Assembly (NCBI RefSeq): GCF_006345805.1
Contig: NC_042997.1
Span: 129,208,001 to 129,272,000 of the forward strand
DNA from: Octopus sinensis
Lineage: Eukaryota
DNA length: 64,000 nucleotides
Direction of reading: 5' to 3'
A model generated the notes under the pieces. That model was not told the origin of the DNA, made no database searches, and worked only from the letters and a program-made list of their open reading frames with translations. Below, one piece after another: positions 37,901 to 49,500 of the stretch. The first letter of the stretch is position 1, and every line of letters begins with the position of its first letter. Made by a program: the position numbers and the translations under genes.

Positions 37901-40900
37901 CTTTAAAGCTTGGTTACTTTCTCAAATTATTATGCAAGATAAGTTTAGGTTATATTTGCAACAGACTAACTTATTCTTCTCCAAACACTAAAACCTCTGT
38001 ATTAATTGCTATAAACTACCTTAATTGTGTGATTAGGGAGTTCACTTCATAACCAAATGGGTTTAGGCTCCATCCTTCTGTGTGGCACCCTAGTATCTTC
38101 ACTATACCCTTAGTTTCACCAAAGGAATATGAGTGAAATTTGATAAACAGAAATTATAGGGAGCAATGTCTACTTTTTTGTGCTTGCATGAGTCAGACAA
38201 AATTTGTCACCAACCTTTACCTGTTTTCAAGCAATGTAATATTTCCCTATACACAGACATGTTTTCACAGATGATTGGAAACACAAGACTTTGCTTCTTG
38301 TGGGTAGTAAAGAAATAGGTATTAAAGGGAAAGGCAAAGTGATGTCGCAACCCATTTCTACAGCTGAGTGAACTGGAGCAACGTGAAATAAAGTGTCTTG
38401 CTCGAGAACACAACATGCAGTCCAGTCCGGGATTCAAACTCACAATCTCACAATCGTAAGCTCGATGCTCTAACCACTGAGCCATGTTATATATATATAT
38501 CAGTGAAAGATATATAAAATGGTAAGAAATTACTGATAGATCAGTTGTCAAATAAAATATTCCTCGGGTATTTACCCAAGTTGCGCAACCTGTCAGTCTC
38601 ACCATCAAGAAATATAGTGAACTAGTGATCAGCCTGTTGAAAACCTATATCCACACGATACACACACATTACCTCTTTCTACTCCTCATTTCCTGGCATA
38701 AAGTTACCTCCCCACTCCTTGGGGTTCATAGTCTTGCAAGCTGCATTGCATCCTCACTAGTGTTGGTGGCATGAAAAATACACTCACTTCCCACTGTAAA
38801 ATGGTTGACATTAGGAATGACATCCAACTATAGAAATGTCAAAGCAGACACTGGAGCACAATACAGTCCTTTGGTGCATCAGATTCAGTCAAGTCATCCA
38901 ACTCCTGCCTACATGGAATAAAGGTATTAAATGATATATACCTCATAAAGCGGCAAGCTGGCAGAAACATTAGCACGCCGAGTGAAATGCATAGCCATAT
39001 TTCGTCTGGGTTCAAATTCCGCCGAGGTCGACTTTGCCTTTCATCCTTACGGGGTCGATAAATTAAGTACCAGTTACACACTGGGGTTAATGTAATCGAC
39101 TTAATCCATTTGTCTGTCCTTGTTTGTCCCCTCTGTGTTAAGCCCCTTGTGGGTAGTAAAGAAATATATAGCTTATAAGACAGCGAGCTGGCAGAAAACG
39201 TTAGCACGTCGGGTGAAATGCTTACCGGTATTTCGTCTGCCGTTACGTTCTGAGTTCAAATTCCGCCGAGGTCGACTTTGCCTTTCATCCTTTCGGGGTC
39301 GATAAATTAAAGTACCAGTTACATACTGGGGTTGATGTGATCGACTTAATACCTATGTCTGTCCTTGTTTGTCCCCTCTATGTTTAGCCCCTTGTGGGTA
39401 ATAAAGAAATAGGTATTTCGTCTGCTGCTACGTTCTGAGTTCAAATTCCGCCGAGGTCGACTTTGCCTTTCATCCTTCCGGGGGCGATGAATTAAGTAAC
39501 AGTTACGCAGTGGGGTCGATATAATCGACTTAATCCGTTTGTCTGTCCTTGTTTGTCCCCTCTGTGTTTAGCCCCTTGTGGGTAGTAAAGAAATAGGTAT
39601 TAAATGATATATAGCTCAACATTCTTTATTTCTTGGAAGATTGGGACATTCTAAATAGTTCCCTATAATCTCCTCAGTGCAGATTATCTAAATGTGAGAG
39701 AGAGAAGAATTATCTTCACTATTTAACTGGTACTTAATAAAGCCACAAGCTGACTCTGTCAATCAGTTACCTTCACTATTTGATGATGTTTCTACTTTCT
39801 TTTTACTTTTCGTCAGGTTTCATAACTTTCTTCCTCTTCATAAATTATGGAAACAGTATATGAAGCAGTTAATTCAGTTTGAGAAGTAAGTAGCTATTCT
39901 CGTTTGAAAACTTTTTGAAAAGTAAGTTTACATAAATTTTTGACAGATTGGGATGTTGGGTCGCAGGCGTTTTTACCCCCGCTGACTTGCTGCTGAAGGC
40001 ACACAATATTGTGACAGACAAATAAAGGAAAGAAAATGTACTGAAATGAAAATGAAATTATTAAATATGGAGTTATGTCCCCTCAAATGACATGTACATA
40101 CTGCAAAAGACTATTGTTAACGAAAGGTGATTTATTTATACGGGGTGTGTTTGGTCTCTTTGGTATAAAAGGACACACGATCGTCTGAATTACGACAAAT
40201 GCGTAGTTCAGTTCACATGGTTCTGTGCATATTTTTTCTAACATGGATATGGGCTTTTAAAGTGTCTTGATTTAATTTTATTTCATTTCATCTAGATTCA
40301 GCTCACGAGCTGTGGCCATGCTGGGGCACCGCCATTCATTGTGTGACGCTTACTGCACCTAGGTTTCCCAAGCGGTCACCCATCTAAGTACTAACTAGGC
40401 TTGACGTTGCTTAACTTCGGTGATCAGACGAGAACCGGTGCTTTCAACGTGATATGGCCGTATTGTTCATTCAAATGTATCGAAAAAACATAGCTTTATG
40501 TAGTTTCTGTTTGATAATTATGAGCATCTTCATACGTCTTTAGCTTCTGTGATGGTCCATGCACAACTTGTAAAATTGTTATGTAGAAAAATATTTTTTC
40601 TCAGTGCTAAAACATTCCTAACCCCCTTGTAAGAGCCAGATTACCTGAAGTATTTTCTAATAAGTACAAGATAATTGATGGAATAAATTCAATAAACTCA
40701 CAACTCATGACCTAAAATGAGAATTTAAATCGAAATGCTTAACATTCTTAACAAGAAATCAAAGTTGGTTGAATGTAATAGGTTTTCTTATTTATCCAAA
40801 TTTTAATGTTAAATCAATAATCTTTTTAATCCTTTTACCTCCACTCTTGCAGCATTAGCCCAAATAATTTAATGGCAGTCAATCTGAAAGTTCTGAAAGC

Positions 40901-42019
40901 TGATTATCATGGATGTTACCTCACCGTTTCCAAGTCAAAATGTCCCTCATACGTTGGCACAACTGGCATTGTTCTGATGGAAACCAAGAACATTTTCAAA
41001 ATAATTACAAAAGATGATAAATTCAAATGTATGTATCTTAAACACCACCATCTCTCTCATTCTCCATCTCTATCTTCCTCTCTCACCTTCTCCAACTGGG
41101 GTATCTTTGTATCTCTTCAACAGCATGATACCAGTCTTTGTCCCTCTGTTACTCTTTTAACCTCTCATCATTACCAGCGTCGCCTTACTGGCACTCGAGC
41201 CCTGTGCTAGTAGGGTATTAAGAGCGCCATCCAAGCGTGATCATTGCCAGAGCGGCTATCTGACCTCCATGCTGGTGGCACGTAAAAGACACCATTCGAG
41301 CATGATCGTTACCAGCATCGCCTTACTGGTACCTGTGCCGGTCGCATGTGTAAAAGATTCAAGCGAGATCGTTGCCAGGACTGCCTGACTGGTCCTGTGC
41401 TGGTGGCACGTAAAAGCACCCACTACACTCTTGGAGTGGTTGGCGTTAGGAAGGGCATCCAGCTGTAGAAATTCAGCCAGATCAAGATTGAAGCTTGGTG
41501 CAGCTGTCTGGTTCGCCAGCCCTCAGTCAATTGTCCAACCCATGCTAGCATGGAAAGCGGACGTTAAACGATGATGATGATGATAATGATGATCAACTGA
41601 CACAAAGCCACCTCCCTCAATACTACTTCTCTCCAATTCAGGGGACTTTGTCTTGCAAGTTGCTCAGTGACTCCAGCAGTACTGGTACCATGAAAAGTGC
41701 ACCCAATATACTCTGGAAATTGGTTGGTGTTAGAAAGGGCATTGTCCAGCTGTAAAAACCATGTCAAAACAGATAATAGAACTTGACACAACCCTCTGGC
41801 TTACCAACTCTTTTCAAACCGGGCATCCCATCCCAGCATGGAAAATGTACATTAAATTCTGATGATGTATCTTTTATCTTGCTTCGGTCATTGGATTGTG
41901 GCCATGCTGGGGCACTGCCATTAAGGGTTTAGTCAAACAAATTGATCCCAGCACTTTTAAGTTTGGTATTTATTCTATCAGAATAGTTGTCTAGCATTAG
42001 TGAGGGACACACTCTCTCT

Positions 42020-42064
<45 letters not shown>

Positions 42065-44053
42065 GTTCATGTACATATATGTTCCAGGCATTCAGAAAAC
42101 CCACTTCTTTCCATCGAGGGCTTAGATACCCCAATATTAGACTATTTCCTTTAATCAATACACGGTGATCATTTATACGCTTTATAAATATTCATCATCA
42201 TTGTTTAACATCCGCTTTCCATGCTGGCATGGGTTGGATGGTTTGACTGAGAAGTGGTAAACCAGTGGGCTGCACCAGGTTCCAATCTGATTTGGCAAGG
42301 TTTCTATTGCTGGATGCCCTTCCTAATGCCAACCACTCCATGAGTGTAGTGGGTGCTTTTTACATGCCACTGGCATGGGTACCATTGACCTGACTCTGGC
42401 ATCAGCCATAACTGGGGTCTCACTTGGCTTGGCAGGTCAACACAAGCATGGTATATCACCAGGAGTCCTGGTCTCCTGTCACTGTCTCCATGAGGCCCAA
42501 TGCTCGAATGGTGCTTTTATGTGGCACCGGCACAGGTGCCAGCCAGACAGCACAGCATATCACCCAACGTTTGAACGGTACTACATGCCACCGACACGGA
42601 TGCCAGTCAGACGATACTTGGCATCGGCCATGACTATGATTTCACTCAGTTCAACAGGTCTTCACAAGCACAGCATATCGTCTAACGATTGAAAGGTGAT
42701 TTTCATGGGCCATTTACACGACACTGGCATCGGCCATGACTACAATCTCACTTGGCTTAACGTCACTGCCTCCATGAGGTCCAATGCATGAACAGTGCTT
42801 TTTATGTGGCATGGGTGTCAGTCAGGCTACACTGGCATCGGCCCCGGCTTATTATTTACAGAATTGTCACTTGTCGCCACTTCTACATTTAATGCAGAAA
42901 ATGCACATGTTTGTTTAAAAAAACTATGAAATTATAGTTAAGTCTAACAGGAAAAAGTGAGTGGTTATGATGGTGTAATGGTTAGTACACTTATTGCAAA
43001 TATAAGAGGTGTGAGTTCAAGTCCCATGTTTACAGAAAACCCACTTTTTTCCATCATGGGCTTATATGCCTCAATATTAGACTACTTACTTTAGTCAATA
43101 CATGGTGATCGCTTATAAGCTTATAAAATGTTATTATTATTTACAATATATATATATGATGGACTCTCCTGTTATAAACTACAAATGAGGGTTCAGCAAC
43201 TTCTTATTTCTTTATGGCCCACAGGGGGCTAAACATAGAGGGGACAAACAAGGATAGACAAAGGGTTAAGTCGATTACATTGACCCCAGTGTGTAACTTC
43301 GTTTTTTTTTTTGAGCAATGTGAAATGAAGTGTTTTGCTCAAGAACACAACACATCGCCTGCTCCAGGAATCGAAACCACAACCTTATGATCATGAGTTC
43401 AACACCCTAACCACTAAGCCACATGCCTCCAAACAGGTTGCCAAACAACCTGTACAGATGGTTTGTTTGTGCTGCACATTAGCTCGTTCCCTCTATCCAA
43501 TCGATATTGCCTCTACAGGTGCACTGTCTGCCACTTGTTAAATGTTGGAATGATTGCAGAGCAATGTGAAATGAAGTGTTTTTGCTCTAGAACACAACAC
43601 ACTGCCTAATCCAGGAACTAAAACTACAATCTTGCAATCATGAATGCAGTACCTCTAGAGTACACACTGGACTTCTACACAATTTTCCCTTTACCAAATT
43701 CGTTCACAAGCCATTGATCAACTCTGGCTATAATAGATGACACTTGCCCATGGTGCCCTGCAATGGGACTGTACCTGAAACTAAAGGGTTGCAAAGTTAA
43801 CCACATAGCCAAAACATGACATTTATTTTCTTTTTCTGTCTTGAGTTTTCTCGACTTCTTACTTCACCTTTGGATCTTTACAGTCTGAATTATTTTTTCT
43901 TTCTTTCTTTCTACAGGTATACCTAAGAAAAATTCAGTATTCTGTTTCAGTCTTGATGCCTACTGTTTCACTCTGTATGGTAACCACATGAAAGTGAAAG
44001 CCAGTGAAAGAAGCCACCGGAAATTTAAAACTAAATCAACAATAGACCTATAA
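32504..44053 (+). CDS. POP4: Ribonuclease P/MRP protein subunit p29 (POP4/Rpp29); start-codon exon not identified
   Basis: Exons 32504-32565, 34640-34866, 39817-39885, 40853-41028, 43917-44053 splice in phase (671 nt) to ...HPYLPLPKEVL...LSSKLRKQLKIFHIQPEVQKFHNFLPLHKLWKQYM...LKADYHGCYLTVSKSKCPSYVGTTGIVLMETKNIFKIITKDDKFKCIPKKNSVF...YGNHMKVKASERSHRKFKTKSTIDL*. This matches Rpp29 motifs as recalled (FLPLHELWKQY, KADLHG, SKCPSYVG, IPK, RSAKKFK, TIDL). AATAAA at 44057-44062. Confidence 0.95.
34640..34866 (+). CDS. POP4: POP4 exon (SQKDLQENF...KIFHIQPEVQK)
   Basis: tttcag acceptor, gtgaga donor, 227 nt open, ends phase 2. Confidence 0.88.
34998..37290 (+). mobile_element. 5'-truncated RTE LINE in a POP4 intron (sense orientation)
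   Basis: ORF pieces 35029-35217, 35245-35682, 35702-35920, 35913-36737 with RT motifs and Cys/His finger; (GAT)n tail. Confidence 0.95.
38950..39600 (+). repeat. Head-to-tail trimer of family C SINE in a POP4 intron
   Basis: Copies at ~38950-39166, 39181-39417, 39412-39600; 19-bp direct repeat AGGTATTAAATGATATATA at 38922-38940 and 39595-39613. Confidence 0.9.
39817..39885 (+). CDS. POP4: POP4 exon (FHNFLPLHKLWKQYMKQLIQFE)
   Basis: cgtcag acceptor, gtaagt donor, 69 nt. Confidence 0.94.
40347..40465 (-). pseudogene. 5S rRNA-derived sequence (119 nt), isolated copy in a POP4 intron
   Basis: Reverse complement TACGGCCATATCACGTTGAAAGCACCGGTTCTCGTCTGATCACCGAAGTTAAGCAACGTCAAGCCTAGTTAGTACTTAGATGGGTGACCGCTTGGGAAACCTAGGTGCAGTAAGC follows metazoan 5S; first 3 nt do not pair with the 3' end; no oligo-T terminator. 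Confidence 0.9.
40853..41028 (+). CDS. POP4: POP4 exon (ISPNNLMAVNLKVLKADYHG...KDDKFK)
   Basis: ttgcag acceptor, gtatgt donor, 176 nt; core Rpp29 Sm-like fold. Confidence 0.95.
43917..44053 (+). CDS. POP4: POP4 last coding exon (CIPKKNSVF...KSTIDL*)
   Basis: ctacag acceptor after a long pyrimidine tract; TAA at 44051-44053. Confidence 0.95.
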
Positions 44054-45144
44054 GTAAATAAATATTATTTCAATATTTTAATCATTTTCTAACCTTTTTT
44101 TTTTTTTTGAAACACCATTTTGGAACTTGAGATGGGAGGGTGTAGACAGTATTGATACACTCTTGAATCCCATGTAAACCAGCTTGCAAGATGATGGTTT
44201 CCTGATCTGGGAACTACTTCCAAGGGACACTTTACTGGATCTTTTTTTTTACTAAACATTTTAATAACTTCTCTTCACATCTACATATTTAATCCTTTAT
44301 ACTTTTCTAATATATTAAATCAATAACACATTTTGCTAATTACTTTTACAAACTTTATACACAATTTTATCTAAAACCCTAAAACCACCACCTATTTTGG
44401 GTTGCATTATCAGTTTTCCCTGTTGGCATGGTTTAGACGGTTTGACAGGAGCTGGCCAACCAGGGAGCTGTCTAGGCTCCAATTGTCTGCTTTGGTATGG
44501 TTTCTGTTGTGGGGTGTCCTTCCTCACACCAACCACTTTACAGAGTGCACTGGGTACTTTATACATGGTGCCAGCTCACACTTTATATGTGGCACTGGAA
44601 TGAGAGCTTTTTATGCAGCACTGGTACAGGTGCTTTTGATGGGGCACCAGCCTTAAAGCAACCACCTGTTTCTAACTGCATATGTTCTGTAAAAAATAGT
44701 TCTCATTCTTGTTAATAATTTTTAACTCTAACATTGTTAAAAGCACAATTCATTTTTTAATAAAGTAGGAAGGAGCTTCTTCCTGGCTAATACATTGCAT
44801 AATAGTATTTTCAAAAGTATTGTAAAACATTTACCAGTATTTATGCATTATGCAATTTAAATGCTGAAAATTACCTAAAAGTCACAATTATGTATTTCTA
44901 TGACTCTTGGCACTTTACAAGGTTGGTTTTTGTCATTTTATTACTTACATATATATTTTACTTTTAGAATATAGTTCTACAAAAGAAAACTTATTTGAAT
45001 GTAGAATACATGATTATACATTTTACAGGAAAAGGGATGCCAGTGGGTTTGAAGTTTCAACCTACTAGCCTTCATTGGACAGCCCAACAAAGGCTTGCAG
45101 GCTGAAACTTGGAAGTCACTATCACCTGTCTTCTTGTAAATCTC

Positions 45145-45177
<33 letters not shown>

Positions 45178-45552
45178 TCTTTTACTTGTTTCAGTCATTT
45201 GACTGTGACCATGCTGGAGCACTGCCTTTAGTCAAGCAAATCAACCCCAGGACTTATTCTTTGTAAGCCTAGTACTTATTCTGTCTCTTTTGCCTAACCA
45301 CTAAGTTATAGGGACGTAAACACACCAGCATCGGTTATCAAGCAATGTTGGGGGGGGGGCAAACACAGGCACACAAACATATACACATATATACGACAGG
45401 CTTCTTCCAGTTTCCGTCTACCAAATCCACTCACAAGGCTTTGGTCGGCCCGAGGCTATAGTAGAAGACACTTACGTAAGGTGCCACACAGTGGGACTGA
45501 ACCATGTGATTGGTAAGCAAGCTCTTACCATACAGCCACTCCTCCTAATACT

Positions 45553-45668
45553 TTCAAAAACTTAGTTGCTGATTTTGATGCATGGGATATCAAAAGATTC
45601 ACATTTGTAGCTGAAAGATTACTGAATCTTGATATCCATACATCAAAATCAGCAACTAAGTTTTTGAA
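45553..45668. other. 116-nt imperfect palindrome (hairpin) between POP4 and ATP9 3' ends
   Basis: Arms 45553-45601 / 45623-45668; outer 28 bp perfectly complementary; 21-nt loop. Confidence 0.85.
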
Positions 45669-46417
45669 TGCATAAGGAACATATGTATATAAACTCTGCT
45701 TTATTTATATATTTAGATTTACAAGAAGAGGGGTGATAGTGGTCTTTATTTTGCAATTCTTTGAAATTGATCACCACTCCATGTTATTGTTCAATGTAGT
45801 ATTTGTAACTGATTACTAGTATAACAAGTAATTCTAATAATTAGGAGGGGATAGTATTTAAAGCAATATGGTTTATGTCACTAAAATAAATACAACTCCG
45901 AAGTTGGAAACTTTACACTTTATTTAATCAATAACTTTTATTTTTTAATAAGACATTTGAAATAATTTAAGAGTCCATTAAAAACAAACATTGTTGACAT
46001 ATTGCAGGCATTGCCACATCAAACTGGCAGAATTTTCTGGAAGAATAAGGATTTCTTTAACATTTGAACATCTGAAGTGTTTCAGTGAAATATTTCAGAT
46101 TAGAAGTCTGTATGGGAAGAAGCATCTGAGCGAAATACATAGAGAAGCTGCTCGATATGTCAGTATGGTCCTTTAAACATGTCTAAGGTGAGATGGTAGC
46201 TGATGATGGTGGATGAAATTAATATGAACAAGAGAGGTGGTAGACAAGCAAAAATTGTCCTTTCTGAAAATATCATTCAAGATGTTACAAGAAGTCTCCT
46301 TGCCTCTCTGCAATTAACATTGAACCATACTAAAAAAAAAAAAAAAAAAAAACTTGAATTCAGCAAGTAGTTGTTAGTTTTTTGTTATTAAATATTCGCT
46401 ATAGCTGTGTTAAACTG

Positions 46418-46554
46418 TTAGGGTGTCAACTTTGAATAAACTGTTGGTGAGAACTTTTTACGTATGTATTTCAGAATGTATAAAGGAATACAGCTGATGG
46501 AAGTGATCACAACTACCTTCCACATGAAGCTTCCTGTCCTTAGGAAAGACTCAT
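46418..46554 (-). CDS. ATP9: ATP9 last coding exon ([18 protein letters not shown]...[11 protein letters not shown])
   Basis: ttgtag acceptor; TAA at 46420-46418; C-terminus matches the ATP9 family ending SP(P/T)xYSKL. Confidence 0.93.
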
Positions 46555-49500
46555 CTACAAAAGAAAAATAAGTTTGAGGTTATACAACAAAAACTGCAAT
46601 AATGGAACAGTTGGAGGGGTTTTCAGAACATTTACTTATCAGTATAGAACTCTCTTAAAAGCAATTAAAAGATTTTCATTTCTTTCAGATCCCCCATGGC
46701 AAAGAAAATGTTAACACAAGAAATGAAAAGGACATGCAGTCGACATTGTCATGTGTGTGGAACACAATTTAGAAATTGCCAACTTTCTAAAGGTTGTAAA
46801 ATCTTTTGTATACAAAGCTGAGATGGAATTGTAAGCCGTTAGAGTGTTTCAATTGCAATAAAGAGAAAAGAAAATATTCAAAATTCATCCAATAGGTTCA
46901 AAACATTGATGCTGATCCAAGAAAAATCAATGAGAGCCATCATCAAAGAATTTCAAAGAGTGGACTATCAGAACTGTGATGCTTGAAGACATTTGATACA
47001 AATCATATGTACATCCTCACAATACTATAGCTTCACTAGAGACAACCATTGTCCAGGTGATGTCTAAAATGAAGAAGGACCATTTAGTGTAAACAAGCCC
47101 AAGACTTCAGTCCTATGTTAAAGCAATCACTGAAGTAGAAGGCATATTCATAAACTTGTCTTATAAGAAAGACTATCAAGAATGTGTACAATTTTTTTAT
47201 TAAAACATTGAGTCATCCCATGAATGTGGTTTTTTTATACTTTTATTTTTCAAAATTAAGATAAAGTTCTTTTTTAATCTAAAATATACTCTCTTTCATT
47301 TTCTGTAATGCTCTTCCATCTATCTGGTAGATGTGCAAGGCCCCTCTTCCAAAATTCACTTGTCCGTGATGAAAAATATTCCTCCAATATTGTTCTGACT
47401 GCATCTACAGAATTCATATTTCTCCCGTCCAAATGATTTTGGAGATTGCGGAATAAATAATAATCAGATGGGGCAACGTCCAGCAAATATGGTGGGTGGG
47501 CATTGTTTCCCATTCAAACTGCTCCAGCCTTTGGAATGTCATTCCCACTGCATGAGGTAGATAAAATTACTACCTGCTTTTATAGCAAGTTGATGCAAAT
47601 AGTTTATCCTATCCCCCCTCCAAATTTTAGTTCAAGCAATTGAAAAAACTGCATTATTTATAGGCTGACCCAATACTTTTGGTTTTTGCTAGGTAAGTGT
47701 TGTTTTATTAAATTATTAAATATATCTTCAAGCTCCTTTCAATTTTGTATTTTAATGATAAGCAAAGAAACTAAAATATCTCAATTCCATGTTAGTGAAA
47801 TAACACTATAAAAGTTAAAAGAATAAAGAGCTTTTCTTTAACTTACCAAAGAAGTCTTTGAAGACAAAAAGTGAAATAACATAAATGCCAAGACTGAGAA
47901 ATTCTGCCAATATCATCAACCAGTGCCACATTTGAACAGTTAATGCCACCATTAGCAGTTCAGTAAGGATAAGTGACGTAAATGTTATGGCTACAACATG
48001 GATAAATTCCTCTTCAAACAGTAGTAGGGCTCCGTACATGATGGTACCACCTAGAATACAAAAACAGTTCAACATTTAGAAATATTTCTGAGTCATAATT
48101 TTTTATGTCTACTTTTTATATGTTCACATAGGTTTGACAACAAGAGTTATTGAGATAGTAAGTGATGGCCAAATGCTCTTTTCATCACTAACTTTGGTGG
48201 GGGGGGGTTCAAATTTTAGCACAAGGCCAGCAAGTTAGAGGGAAGGATAAGTTAATTACATCGACCCCAGTATTTAACAGGTACTTATTTTATCAACCTC
48301 GAAAGGATTAAAGGCAAAGTCCGGTCTCAGCAGAATTTGAACTCAGCTGCATTTTGTCTGTTTTTACATTCTAAGTATTTTGCCCGGCGTGTTAACGATT
48401 CTGCTAGCTCACTGCCTTAAAAGGTAAGTTGCATCAGCTAATTGTTATGAAATAGGTTATTTTTATTCCACTGGTCTTCACATATGACAAAACCACTGAG
48501 GTTTATACAGATTGACTACATATATATTGTTTACAAGAGATAGAGACACCATCACCTTTTTCACACATGATGACAATGTGAAACCTGGTGTTTGTCCAAA
48601 GTGTTATACTGGGGGATGGAACTCAAAACTATGTTGCTGCAAAGCAAACTCCTTAACCACACAGTCAGCAAACAAAAGAGTGTGAATTACAAAAACTATT
48701 CCACAGAACAGCAGAGTTGACTAGTGTAAACTGATAAAACAGAAACTGTCGTGTAGAGTACAAGTATTGAAGTTCTATCAGTGACTGATTTCAGCTAAAT
48801 GTGGTGTTGACTATAGATTCAGGAGAAACCATGCAAGGAAAAAATGGTGCATTTGCTTCCTACTATAAAGTGGAATGGCAACTTTAATGAGAGTATGGGT
48901 AGAAGAGTAGGTATGTGGGCTGGTAGATTTTTTTTAATGCACAGAGGGCTACAGAATGTGATGGAGGTGTCAAAAGAAAATTAAAGTATCCAGGATGGTG
49001 GAGCCTATTAGTAAGTGTTGATTTAAGGAATGAAATTTCATGGCTGGTTCCAGTGAACTGGGCTTCAAAACAACCAATGAAGAGGTTGGTGTAACTAATG
49101 CCCATCTTGGTATCCATGGCATCATTAGTGGTTTACTGATAGAACAATTAATACGCAGTAATTTTCCTAATAATGTCACCACAGTTAGCTGCTCTTATAA
49201 TAACTATTGTGAAGGAAAAATATAAACAGATTGAAAATGAAATAGTACAAAGTCTATGTGTGTTTCAATGTCATTTAATTATAAATAGATTATAAAACTG
49301 AACTAACCTTGGTAAATACTTATTAAAACCCACAGGAAAAATGTTTTAAATGATAAGGACCGGCCCTGAAAATAAATAAAAAATTGTATATCAGTTCACA
49401 TTTTGTTAAATAAAAGTTAGAGAAGTTCAACTAATAATTTAAGCAAAGATCAGCCTTATTGACATTGTAACAAAAGGAAAGAGTTAACTAGAATTTGGAC

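Noticed and set aside
37300-38200. Intronic C/D or H/ACA snoRNA in POP4 introns
   Set aside because: No convincing box C/D pair with terminal stem seen by eye
42970-43026. tRNA gene
   Set aside because: Has A/B-box-like motifs and a CTTAT/ATAAG stem, but no U33, no acceptor stem, and it continues into a body repeated at 42095-42190, so it is a SINE head
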